A stretch of 63,807 nucleotides of DNA, counting the filler, from Octopus bimaculoides (taxonomy: Eukaryota): assembly GCF_001194135.2 (NCBI RefSeq). It is 6 parts of 6 records of this genome, joined end to end, with 100 filler letters (N's around TTAATTAATTAA, not from the genome) between each part and the next. Parts side by side here need not be neighbours in the genome. Positions count along the whole stretch, not along the records: positions 46,870 to 58,309 come from NC_068999.1; positions 58,410 to 60,275 come from NC_068984.1; positions 60,376 to 63,807 come from NC_068987.1; 3 more parts are not named here. One strand, given 5' to 3'. Shown in pieces: positions 52,440 through 63,807 of this stretch (within the stretch, counting starts at the first letter, position 1; each line of letters starts with the position of its first letter). The translations under genes and the position numbers were made by a program. The notes under the pieces were generated by a model, which did no database searches, was not told the DNA's origin, and was given only the letters and a program-made list of their open reading frames with translations.

Positions 52440-54785
52440 GAATGCCAACATTTGTTAACTTGACAAGGTGAAGGTGAGCCCTGATTGGCTGCATACAAAT
52501 AACTACTTTACTGGGGTCCGGAACTCTCGTGGGAAAAAAATTTCGCCGTAGAGAAATTTTTACAATAAAATGTCTTGTATAGATTTTTGTTTATTCCATG
52601 TCAGACCATGACCGACAGATAGGCCTCTTGATCGGAACAAATTTGTGCAACTTTTCGCAAAAAAGCTTCGTTTAGAATTTTTTTTTCCTTTTTTAAATTA
52701 TTTACATAACTGTTCGACCGTTTCACACAAATTTATTCATTAAGACTTATTAAAACTTCAGAAGTTCTTTCACCTTTGGTCGTCGTAATGCTTTGCTTTC
52801 GTCTGTTTAATAAAAATTCCTCCTCGTAATAAATTTGCTTTCATTTTGTGATAGACAGCTATCATGAAGAAAATGCCAGCTTCCAAATCCTGTTTTCTGA
52901 TTAGGTAAAATTGATTTCTCACGCCCTCCTTGCACTTGGCGAAGGCAAAACTCCCTGCCACGAAAAGGGTAATGTTGCCATCGATTCACTTTGTACCATT
53001 GTTAATACGCCTTCTGATCTCATGGATGCAGTGTTCCCAGATCTCCAAGCAAATTATCAGAATATGGATTGGATTGGCCAAAGTGCTATTCAAGACCCCG
53101 AAGAATAAAACTGTTAACCATATTAATGATCAAATGCTAAAAATCATTCCTGGGGATTGCTATATATATAAATCTATCGATAGAACTCCTGACCCCTAGG
53201 ACATCATCAACTATCCAATGAAGGTACTAAATTCCTTTGAGCCCACTAAACTACCCCCACACATTCTGAAACTTAAACTCGATGCCCCTACAATGCTCAT
53301 TCGAAATTTGTTTCCACCGAAACAATGCAATAGGACACGTTTGATCGTTAAGTCCTTATCTCCCAATCTAATTGAAGCCACAATAACCACAGGGTGCGGT
53401 CGAGGCAACATTGTGCTCATACTGAGGATGCATCTTTTCCCATCAGGAGCAGACCTACCTTTTACATTTCGGACGTCCCAGTTTCCAGTCAGGCCATGCT
53501 TCGCAATGTCAATTAACAAATCACAGGAGCAAACGCTATCTGTCGCGGGAATACATTTCATGGAGTCGTGTTTCTCTCATGGTCAGCTTTACGTTGGCTG
53601 CTCGCGTGTGGGCAGCAAGAGTGATGCTTTCGCGTTCGTTCCACAAGGAAAAACAAAAAACATTGTGTACAAGGAGGTTTTATAGGATTACTTCGATTCC
53701 TAATTTTATAACTTTTTCTTTTTTTTTTTTTTTTTTTTTTTTTGCCTTTTTGTCAGTAATTTCTAACTAGGTGTAGATTAATATTCATTGCAGTGCACTT
53801 GACACTCCCAAACATCAGCTGTAAAATGGCTGATTCTCGCGGCGTTACAAAGCTTCATTACAAATCAGACCCTGCTAAAAAATCAGCTGTTCTTCCGCAC
53901 CATCAGAGGACCATGGACGCGTTACTATTTCACTTCCGTACGACTCTCAAAGGGTCAACAATGCTTTTATGAAAATATTTACATTTTTAGGCGGTTCCCT
54001 GCAATTACTTCATACTTCACCAACACCTGGCCTCCGCTCAGCTCTATTTCCCTCCCTTCATCAGCACAGCAGCCTCATCTTCTACATGAAAATAATTACA
54101 TGAAGTAATTATCTCTTACATGCCATTATGCCATTACAATTTAAATCAAATAACAAGACTTCAGAAGTCGATAAAACTAAATACATACATCCTCTCTCTC
54201 ACCATTATATTTTACACCATTACATTTTACATCAAATACAAAATATTCAAAAGTAACATGTCATTTTACACAACATCTCCATGACAGAGGTGTTGTGATT
54301 CATCTATTCAGCACCACTACACTCTTCCTGGTCTGACATATGGTGAGTAGATGCTATTGTTGTATATTTTCAAACTTACCCGTATTTACTTACCCATGAA
54401 TAATCCCCCTCTTTCCTCTATAGGGCATCTATTCTGTTTTCACAGAGCATGAAGTTTTGTAACAACACGTCAGCTGCCGTTGGTGGAAAAGGAACACGCC
54501 GTATTCACCTGCAAACGTTTTACACACCCTTCCAAGACTACCTATCAAATTGTTACAATTGTGAGAACGATAACACAGCCTTTTCAGGGCCACCTCACAT
54601 TCTATTGTTACCGCCTTCTTACAGTGTTGCAATGCTCTCTGCGGGGTTTTCTATCCATTTGCAAATCGATTGATTGGGCGTTAACTTATATCAATCTTTG
54701 CCTCAATAATCATAATTGGGTAGAATCATTAACAGTACTTTAAAACAATTCAGCCCTGAGCAACGCCGGACACTTCTGCCACTAG
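52440..54785 (+). mobile_element. 5'-truncated Helitron relic
   Basis: Helicase pseudogene inside; putative 3' end gccctgagcaacgccggac...ccaCTAG at 54753-54785 (following base is A, not the canonical T). Confidence 0.55.
52911..53685 (+). pseudogene. Helitron RepHel PIF1-like helicase C-terminal fragment
   Basis: LALGEG, VFPDL..NY, KNKTVNHIN, LPPHILKLK, CNRTRL, QFPVRPCFAMSINKSQ.QTL, FSHGQLYVGCSRV; frameshift ~53095 and stop ~53197. Confidence 0.92.
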
Positions 54786-54842
54786 AAAAATATACATAAG
54801 GTTGCCAAGAATTTGTCTCTCTCATCGAAGATCAGTGGCTAT

Positions 54843-54887
54843 CGGACGCTGACGAAGGGAAATAGCCCTGAAACCCGGGTCCGTTCG
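54843..54887 (+). ncRNA. Minimal type I hammerhead ribozyme
   Basis: CGGACG (stem I) CTGACGA AGGG-aaatag-CCCT GAAA CC-cg-GG TC^ CGTTCG (stem I'); all core nucleotides canonical; GUC cleavage after 54881; palindromic stem III ACCCGGGT. Confidence 0.85.
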
Positions 54888-56472
54888 TGCTACAGATCAA
54901 GATGAGAGGGATAACTTCCCTTGGCAAAACAAACAGGACACAGTAGTGTGTCGATAAGCCAGCTGGAGGAGATGTCCTCCTGGGGCTAAAAGCAACAGTA
55001 ACATCCACCCCTAGGGGTCAGCCACACTTAAGTGGCAATATACTTCACTTTATCGTGCAGTTACTGTTAATACTTCATTTAGAGAATTAACATTGCTTAT
55101 ATATATNNNNNNNNNNNNNNNNNNNNNNNNNNNNNNNNNNNNNNNNNNNNNNNNNNNNNNNNNNNNNNNNNNNNNNNNNNNNNNNNNNNNNNNNNNNNNN
55201 NNNNNNNNNNNNNNNNNNNNNNNNNNNNNNNNNNNNNNNNNNNNNNNNNNNNNNNNNNNNNNNNNNNNNNNNNNNNNNNNNNNNNNNNNNNNNNNNNNNN
55301 NNNNNNNNNNNNNNNNNNNNNNNNNNNNNNNNNNNNNNNNNNNNNNNNNNNNNNNNNNNNNNNNNNNNNNNNNNNNNNNNNNNNNNNNNNNNNNNNNNNN
55401 NNNNNNNNNNNNNNNNNNNNNNNNNNNNNNNNNNNNNNNNNNNNNNNNNNNNNNNNNNNNNNNNNNNNNNNNNNNNNNNNNNNNNNNNNNNNNNNNNNNN
55501 NNNNNNNNNNNNNNNNNNNNNNNNNNNNNNNNNNNNNNNNNNNNNNNNNNNNNNNNNNNNNNNNNNNNNNNNNNNNNNNNNNNNNNNNNNNNNNNNNNNN
55601 NNNNNNNNNNNNNNNNNNNNNNNNNNNNNNNNNNNNNNNNNNNNNNNNNNNNNNNNNNNNNNNNNNNNNNNNNNNNNNNNNNNNNNNNNNNNNNNNNNNN
55701 NNNNNNNNNNNNNNNNNNNNNNNNNNNNNNNNNNNNNNNNNNNNNNNNNNNNNNNNNNNNNNNNNNNNNNNNNNNNNNNNNNNNNNNNNNNNNNNNNNNN
55801 NNNNNNNNNNNNNNNNNNNNNNNNNNNNNNNNNNNNNNNNNNNNNNNNNNNNNNNNNNNNNNNNNNNNNNNNNNNNNNNNNNNNNNNNNNNNNNNNNNNN
55901 NNNNNNNNNNNNNNNNNNNNNNNNNNNNNNNNNNNNNNNNNNNNNNNNNNNNNNNNNNNNNNNNNNNNNNNNNNNNNNNNNNNNNNNNNNNNNNNNNNCT
56001 GCAGGTTATTTTTGAGAAGTGTTCCCCACTCGGTGGTGTTTCGGAGCAAGTCGTCCATAATTGTTTCATTTTTCTCTATTATGTGCGTATGTGCATCCGT
56101 AGATTTCTAATGAAGTAATACGCTGCTTCTGTTCTCTTCTACTTCTCTACTAGAAACGTTTACTTTGGAATCGGGGAAGGGGTACAACTCTGTAGTTATG
56201 CCGTTTTAGGGAAAAGAACCATATGTGACAGTGGATTTTCATCGATGAGTTCATGAACCTTGGTTCTTTTCCCTAAAACTATATATTTATATATTTATAT
56301 ATATATATGTGTGTGTGTGTGTGTATAAACATATATATAAATAAACACACACACACACTAATTAGTGAATTAACATTAAAGAGGTTTTCCAGCGCGGCCA
56401 ACTTTTCATCTAAAAGTGGTGAATTGTTTTTGTATTTTTTTCTTTCTCTCTTTTTTTCTTTTTAATTTTTTT

Positions 56473-57222
56473 GGCACTGTCATGGTATTAGCTGTCAGAA
56501 ACAAGGAATGTTACTGCTGGTTTGAGTTGAAATCTGTTTCTTTAGCTACTGACTGGCCGGAGCTATCTATCTATCTATCTGTCTGTCTGTCTGTCTATCT
56601 CTCTATCACTCGTCCACCTTCGTTTGTTTCCGTAGAATTTATCAAATTAGAAAAAAAAACTTTTTGGTTACTTCCATCATGCTAGCTCCACACGAGGGGC
56701 ATATTTTTGGGGTATTTAAAAGTCCATGTCTCTTAAGCCAATTAATACTATTTTCTGTTGTAGCGGTGGCGATGGCAATATCGCGGTGATTAATTCCAAC
56801 TTTGGATTACGCGTGGTGGTGGTCATTGGTGGTGCTGATTGGTGTATGTGATTTGTTTTTAAAAACAATAATGAATAATGCAAAAGTATATTTATTTATA
56901 AAGTTTAAACTGAACATGATATGAAATATATTTATTTATAAAGTTTAAACTGAATTTCATTTGTTTAAATTCTACGGAAACGCATTTTCTAATTTGATAA
57001 ATTCTACGGAAATGCATTTTCTAATTTGATAAATTCTACGGAAACAAACGAAGGTGGACGAGTGATAGATAGATAGAGAGAGAGAGGGAGAGGGAGAGAA
57101 AGAGACAGATAGCTCCAGCCAGTCAGTAGCCAAAGAAACAGATTTCGACTCAAACTAGCAGTAATATTCCTTGTTTGGATTTTTCTACTTTCATTTCTGA
57201 CAGCTAATACCATGACAGTGCC
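56473..57222. mobile_element. Long-TIR non-autonomous DNA transposon (Merlin/MULE-like foldback)
   Basis: Arms ~56473-56655 and ~57019-57222 starting GGCACTGTCATGGTATTAGCTGTCAGAAA; flanks attttttt / attttttc (7/8 putative TSD); internal short tandem duplications. Confidence 0.75.
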
Positions 57223-57301
57223 ATTTTTTCAGTTGTGTTCTCTAATTTAATTTCGTAAAGCGGTAAACACTGTGAAAGTTAAAACTTCACTCCTAAGCGA
57301 A

Positions 57302-58189
57302 ATGACAAACCCGGAAGTCGAATCAGAACACCTAACTGCTATAAAGCACAAGGACGCTCTATTTAAAAGTAAATCTACAACAGGTGCTTGTTTTCCTCCT
57401 TCAGGGGAAGAAGATTTGGGGAAATATTTTGCTAAATATGATATGACACATAAAAAGCCAGGTGTCGCCTACATCTTCAACAATGAAAACTTCCAAGACC
57501 CGTTACTAAACACTCGTTATGGCTCATCAAAAGACGTACACGATTTTGAAAGAGCATTAATAAAACTTGGATTCCATGAAGATGATATCAATGTTTATAC
57601 AGATTCAACAGCCGAAGAAATGTTCGACGTTTTCCAGATGTTTAACGAAGAAAATCTTGATATTGATTGCTTTATTTGTGTGATTCTGAGTCATGGTAGT
57701 TCAGACGATATTATCTATGGATACGACGGTGTTATTGAACTAGACAGATTACTTTCTTGCCTGAGACCCGACCGTTGTCCATCTTTAACCGGAATACCTA
57801 AATTAATCTTTATTGAAGCCAGTAGAGGAAATAAGCTTGATTATGGAGTTCTAAAATCGGATGCTGCTGTCATAGAACCTGATAAAAATTCATCCCGAAT
57901 TCCAATCATGGCTGATATGTTGATTGTTTATTCGTCGTTTGCTGGATATCAGTCTTTCAGGGATAGACAGAATGGTTCGTGGTTTATGCGAGGTCTAAGT
58001 AAAATTTTGATAGAATTTGGCACCAAATACGAAATCATGAAACTTTTAACTGCTGTGTCTAATTACGTTGCCTCTTTAGAAGCCCCAAGTTGGTATAATT
58101 CGGAATTCATTGGCTGTAAGCAAATGCCTTGCATTGGATCATCGTTGACTAAACAACTAAAGTTTGTACGAAAGAACAAATCAGATTGA
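57302..58189 (+). CDS. Caspase-3/7-like protein (peptidase C14A fold, 295 aa), predicted catalytically inactive (QACRG to EASRG)
   Basis: Stop-free ORF with PGVAYIFNNENF, TRYGS, CFICVILSHG, CPSLTGIPKLIFIEASRG, ADMLIVYS, FRDRQNGSWF and KQMPC..SSLTKQLKF; first true ATG at 57302 (the track starts at a GTG). Confidence 0.9.
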   Translation: MTNPEVESEHLTAIKHKDALFKSKSTTGACFPPSGEEDLGKYFAKYDMTHKKPGVAYIFNNENFQDPLLNTRYGSSKDVHDFERALIKLGFHEDDINVYTDSTAEEMFDVFQMFNEENLDIDCFICVILSHGSSDDIIYGYDGVIELDRLLSCLRPDRCPSLTGIPKLIFIEASRGNKLDYGVLKSDAAVIEPDKNSSRIPIMADMLIVYSSFAGYQSFRDRQNGSWFMRGLSKILIEFGTKYEIMKLLTAVSNYVASLEAPSWYNSEFIGCKQMPCIGSSLTKQLKFVRKNKSD

Positions 58190-58689
58190 ATGTACATTTT
58201 TACTCTTTTATGTATATACGTTGCTCATTTAGTATTTACGGTGTCATTTCTCGGCATAATTACAGATTTCTGGATGGAGCTGGACAACAGTCAGCTTCCC
58301 CCCCCCCCCNNNNNNNNNNNNNNNNNNNNNNNNNNNNNNNNNNNNNNNNNNNNTTAATTAATTAANNNNNNNNNNNNNNNNNNNNNNNNNNNNNNNNNNN
58401 NNNNNNNNNTCCACCAGTGCATGTCTCCAAATATTCGGTTAATGGAATCTTTCTGCATCGTAGCCGTCTTATGTGGAGACTGTGTTTGCATCTTCTGAAA
58501 CAATGTGTTTTTGAGTTGTCCAACAGCAATATTTTTGGAGCTGCAACATTTGAAAATACGCATGCACGCACGCACGCACGCACACACATACACACACACA
58601 CACACACACACCCTCTGTCTTTCCCTCTCCCCTCTCTCTCCATCTCTCTCCCTCCCCCTCTCTCTCTCTCTCTTCACGCAGACACGCAC

Positions 58690-59000
58690 TTGTCCATACG
58701 ATCGCAAATCCAAGCGTTTGAAATGGAGTTTCTCCAAAGAATACCTGGAGTAACGTTACTCAACAGGAAGCGTAGCTCGGAGATCAGTGAGTTTCTCCAG
58801 GTCGAATTACTACTTCTCCGATTTGAGAGGTCACACCTCTATTACTACGGATATATGAGCAGAATCTCGCAGGAAAAAAATCGGGAGACTGGAGTTTCAA
58901 GTCAGCACGTACGGCAGGAAATTATGGGTGGAGCAAGAAGTAGAACTCAGCCGGGAATAGAGAACTTTTGTATTCACAACTTGACACTCGTGATTTCAAT
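58690..59000 (+). mobile_element. RTE-clade LINE C-terminal fragment
   Basis: FEMEFLQRIPGVTLLNRKRSSEI...ERSHLYYYGYMSRI. Confidence 0.7.
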
Positions 59001-59250
59001 TCGTAGAACGGATGGTGCTTTGTGTTCTTGAGGAAAAAAATCCATCTCACTTCGCTCTGCGATCACTTCGACACCTCATGCGTGGTACGGCGTGCACCTG
59101 CTCAGACAAAGTCGAAAATTTGATGGAGAGAGCTAGCTAATATGTCACACAAACATTTGATCATTATAAAGAAATCAATTGTACAGGTCGTTCGGGATAA
59201 AGCTGAACCACTCATACGTTGTCTTCAACGTAGTCCATAATATATTTTGT

Positions 59251-59288
<38 letters not shown>

Positions 59289-60129
59289 CTTGTGTGTGCA
59301 AAGAGATGTATGACAGCTGGTGTTATGTTTAGATCTCCATTTAGATTATCATTTCTCCTCTACTTCCAGTATAATGGTTTAGTAACTCTTATACTAAGAA
59401 GCATTATGAAATACAGAGCAAATATAGGAGAGGTTAAGATAATGGCTTGTTTACATTGTCAGTTCCTACTTACGTTCCTCAATTATGATCGCTTGGAACT
59501 TGCTTTTGTTGTTCGAAGCTTATTTGAAAGCTTAAATCGGATCTTCACAGAACACCGTATTGCCTTGAGTTACGGTAAACCGTAACTTGTAGCATAAAGT
59601 GTTACCTGGAACAACCAAACCAGCAAGCATAATTGTAAAAAGTAATTAGGAAATATATAAATTTGTGCTTATATTAATCTTCCTTTATATATATGCTTCA
59701 TGCTTTTACAACTTATCAGCTTTGGGACGAATTCTATTTTTTAATTCACTGCCTGTTTTGATAGTTACTGACACAGTTCTTTTGTTTTTCAACATTATAC
59801 AACTATAGAAAAGCCCCCTTCATTCATGAATGACCATGGTATCGCACCTGAAATATTAAAAAGATATTAAGAATATTAAAAATATTAAAATGTATACTGT
59901 CCTTTAAGAAATTGTAAAAGTAATCCCTCTTATAATCTGGAAAATTCATATTTTTCATTTGTGGAAATTTTAAATGATATATGTTTTTTTTTTTTAAATT
60001 GATGTGTTTTTCATAATATTTAAGAACTCGGTATATAATTATAGTAAAGTTCATCTTGTTGGATATATTGGTAATCCTATGAATCACATCAATATTTAAA
60101 AGTTCATCGACTGCAAATATTTCATTATT

Positions 60130-60260
60130 TCAAGGTACCGGGTTCAGTCTTACTGCGTGACGCCTTGGACAAGTGTCTTCTACTATAGCCTCGGGCCGAC
60201 CAAAGCCTTTTGAGTGGATTTGGTAGACGGAAACTGGAAGAAGCCTGTCGTATATGTATA
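60130..60260 (+). mobile_element. Family-A SINE fragment
   Basis: gggttcagtc...ggacaagtgtcttctactatagcctcgggccgaccaaagcc. Confidence 0.75.
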
Positions 60261-60374
60261 TATATATATATATATNNNNNNNNNNNNNNNNNNNNNNNNN
60301 NNNNNNNNNNNNNNNNNNNTTAATTAATTAANNNNNNNNNNNNNNNNNNNNNNNNNNNNNNNNNNNNNNNNNNN

Positions 60375-60730
60375 NGAGGGTTCCAGTTGATCCGATCAAT
60401 GGTACAGCCTGCTCGTGAAATTAACGTGCAAGTGGCTGAGCACTCCACAGACACGTGTACCCTTAACGTAGTTCTCGGGGATAATCAGCATGACAGTGTG
60501 ACAAGGCTGACCCTTTGAATTACAGGCACAACAGAAACAGGAAGTAAGAGTGAGAGAAAGTTTTGGTGGAAGAGTACAGCAGGGTTCGCCATCATCCCCT
60601 GCCGGAGCCTCGTAGAGCTTTTAGGTGTTTTCGCTCAATAAACACTCACAACGCCCGGTCTGAGAATCGAAACCGCGATCCTATGACCGCGAGTCTGCTG
60701 CCCTGACCACTGGGCCATTGCGCCTCCACG
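60375..60730 (-). mobile_element. tRNA-derived SINE (family D)
   Basis: Minus-strand head ggaggcgcaaTGGCCCAGTGGtcagggcagc...GGTTTCGATTC has pol III A and B boxes, followed by a non-tRNA body. Confidence 0.7.
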
Positions 60731-62429
60731 GCCCACCCTGTATACACTATACAAACACGTATGTACATCCTCATTCACCTATACATATTGATGATGACTA
60801 TGTCCAGGTGAGGCTGACAAGCCATTTATTGCCAATGTGTCAGTGATGCTATATATAGCTCAGAGAATCTTTTATTCTTGACTAGTTTCAGTCATTGGAC
60901 TGTGGACATGCTGGGGCACCACTTCGAAAGGTTTAGTTGAACAAATCACTTTCAGCACTTATTTCGTAAGTCTGGTATTTATTGTGTTGGTCTCGTTTTG
61001 TTGGACTGTTAAGTTATGGGGGGGGATGTAAACAAACAAAAACTGGTTGTCAAGTGGTATGGGTAGGGGAACCAACAAACGCAAAGGTACGCTCAATTAG
61101 ACTGACAGACAGACAGACAGATAAGAGAAAGAAATATAGAGTTAGGAAAANNNNNNNNNNNNNNNNNNNNNNNNNNNNNNNNNNNNNNNNNNNNNNNNNN
61201 NNNNNNNNNNNNNNNNNNNNNNNNNNNNNNNNNNNNNNNNNNNNNNNNNNNNNNNNNNNNNNNNNNNNNNNNNNNNNNNNNNNNNNNNNNNNNNNNNNNN
61301 NNNNNNNNNNNNNNNNNNNNNNNNNNNNNNNNNNNNNNNNNNNNNNNNNNNNNNNNNNNNNNNNNNNNNNNNNNNNNNNNNNNNNNNNNNNNNNNNNNNN
61401 NNNNNNNNNNNNNNNNNNNNNNNNNNNNNNNNNNNNNNNNNNNNNNNNNNNNNNNNNNNNNNNNNNNNNNNNNNNNAAAAGATAAAATAGAGAAATAAAG
61501 TAAATAAAGACAGAAATAAAACAAAAGAAAGAAAAAGTTAAAAAGTGAGTTAGAAAGAGAACTATAGAGAAAAAGAGAGATAGATAGAAAGAAAGAAAGA
61601 AAGAAAGAAAAGATGGAAGGAAGAAAAAAGAAATAATGAAAGAAATATAAAATGCAAAATAAAGAATGAAAGAAAAAAGTTAAAAATTTCATGTTAGAGA
61701 ACTATAGAAAAAAGGGGGAGGCAGAGAGAAAGTAAGAAATAGAGAGGGAGAGAGAGGGAGAGAAAGTAAGAGATAGAGAGGGAGAGTGAGAGAAAGCTGT
61801 TAAAAGAGAAAGGTTTGACTCTTACCAACAAAGTGCTTGTGAATAAACCAGATCTAGTGTTGTTGTAGCAATATTGAACTTTGGGCTCGCAGATAAGATA
61901 TTACAAGAATGTGAAATGCTGAAATATACAACAATATATAATGAGTTATGAACTGTATATTGCAACATAATGCTTATGAATTTGTGAATGTGCATATATG
62001 GGTTTATTACACTTTCCTCTTTGGCCAAGCCCCTCATCAACTTTTTGAAGTTTCACTTGAAAAGGAAGTTGAGGGTGGAGAGGGAAGTGTTACCTTTTAG
62101 CAAGTTTGTTGAAAGGTGGGTGAATGTTGGAAAAACGGCCAGTGTGAAAGGACTGAGAGTACACCTGTGAAAAATTAAAGAAGGGCTCTTGCTCTGTTGA
62201 TCAGGTACATGTGGCTTTTGTAGGTTTTTCCACGAGGACCTTAAAGTGCCTCCCCTATTGTCAGTTTTAATTTGTTTAATTTTTTATTGTTATATATTGT
62301 TTACACACTGTAAAAACTTTTTGTATCGTCCTGTTTTTGTCTTTTCTGTTGTTGCATGTCATTTAATGTTATTTTATGTCAGTCCTTGTGGCTAATAAAA
62401 AGAATTGATTATTATTATCATTATCATTA

Positions 62430-63183
62430 AAACAGCAACCTGGCAGAATTGTTAGTATGACATGTGAAATGTTTAGCAGCATTTCATCTGTCTTTATGTT
62501 CTGAGTTCAAATTCCACCAAAAGTTGACTTCACCATTCATCCGTTCAGGGTCGATAAATTAAGTACCAGTGAAGCACTGAGGTTGATGTAATCAACTAGT
62601 CTGCTCCCTTCAAATTTCAGGCCTTGTGCCAATAGTAGAAAGGATTATTATTATTATCTTTAAGGTGGCAAGCCGGCAGAATTATTAGCATGCCAGACGA
62701 AATGCTTAGTGGTATTTCGCCTGTCACTATGTTCTGAGTTCAAATTCCACCAAGGTCGACTTTGTCTTTCATCCTTTCAGGGTTGATAAATTAAGTACCA
62801 GTGAAAACACTGGGGTCAATGTAATCGACTAGTCCCCTCCCACAAAATTTGAGGCCTTGTGCCTCCAGTAGAAAGAGTTATTGTGCAGGTGGCATGTGAA
62901 AAAACATTTGAGCGAGGTCATTGCCAGTGCCGCTGACTGGCTCTTATGCAGGTGGCACGTAAAAAACACCATTTTGAGTGTGGCCATTGCCAGTACCACC
63001 TGACTGGCCCTCGTGCCAGTGGCACGTAAAAGCACCCACTACACTCTCGGAGTGGTTGGTGCTAGGAAGGGCATCCAGCTGTAGAAACTCTGCTAGATCA
63101 GATTGGAACCTGGTGCAGCCTTCTGGCTTGCCAGTCCTCAGTCAAATCGTCCAACCCATGCTAGCATGGAAGGCGGACGTCAA

Positions 63184-63220
<37 letters not shown>
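62430..63220 (+). mobile_element. Cluster of two head-to-tail family-B SINEs followed by a family-C repeat and a (GAT)n(ATT)n tail
   Basis: Units restart at ~62432, ~62664 and ~62885. Confidence 0.8.
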
Positions 63221-63222
<2 letters not shown>

Positions 63223-63226
63223 ATTA

Positions 63227-63275
<49 letters not shown>

Positions 63276-63774
63276 CATTATGGTGGTGAACTGGCAGAAT
63301 CATTAAGCACACACACACACGCATAAAAGAATGGAGATTTATTCATGATTAATGTATATTTCAAATTGATTAGCATACTGCCAAATGCTGCAATGCAACA
63401 TTTATGCTCATTTAATCAATCTTATATTTGATCCATTAAAATGTTAGAGAGAGAGTGGGGGGGGGGGAATTCAACATCATCCGATTCTTATCAAAGCTAT
63501 ATGACCACTGCTTGTATTATTGAACATCATCATCATCAACAACATCATCATTTAAAGTCCATTTTCCATGCTGGCATGGGTTGGATGGTTTGACAGTAGC
63601 TGACCACGCTCCAATTGTCTGTTTTGACATGATTTCTATAGATGGATGTTCTTCATAACACCAACCACTCCGAGAGTGTAGAAGGTGTTTTTACATGCCA
63701 CTGGTACAGGAGCCAGTCAGGTGGCACTGACATTGGCAACACTCAAATGGTGATTTTTATGTACCACCAGCACG

Positions 63775-63807
<33 letters not shown>

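Noticed and set aside
57821-57823. Possibility that RNA editing restores the caspase cysteine
   Set aside because: A-to-I turns AGT into GGT (Gly), not TGT/TGC.
60640-60730. tRNA-like sequence on the minus strand
   Set aside because: Has A and B boxes but no complete cloverleaf and continues into a repeat body; it is a SINE head.

Overview
AT-rich, gap-riddled eukaryotic DNA dense in microsatellites and SINEs. The repeat families and dinucleotide load look like a cephalopod (Octopus-like) assembly; this is an inference from pattern recognition. Two host genes are supported. (1) A minus-strand spliced gene with CDS exons 19605-19572, 13223-13028, 11668-11129 and a tentative last exon 5403-5382. 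All GT-AG phases are compatible, giving ~263 aa: a signal-peptide-less single-pass membrane protein with an N-glycosylation sequon and cytoplasmic NPAY and PPPY motifs. (2) An uninterrupted plus-strand caspase-3/7-like ORF (57302-58189) whose QACRG motif reads EASRG, i.e. a probable pseudo-caspase. The rest is mobile DNA: four mariner relics, CR1/L2-group and RTE LINE relics, a Penelope-like GIY-YIG relic, a Helitron helicase relic, two hAT MITEs with perfect 8-bp TSDs, two GG-terminated long-TIR elements with 8-bp TSDs (one carrying telomere-type repeats), a 1-kb foldback and several SINE families. One structurally complete minimal type I hammerhead ribozyme (54843-54887) and one near-complete copy (24817-24863) were found by eye. 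Repeat boundaries are approximate unless a TIR or TSD is quoted.
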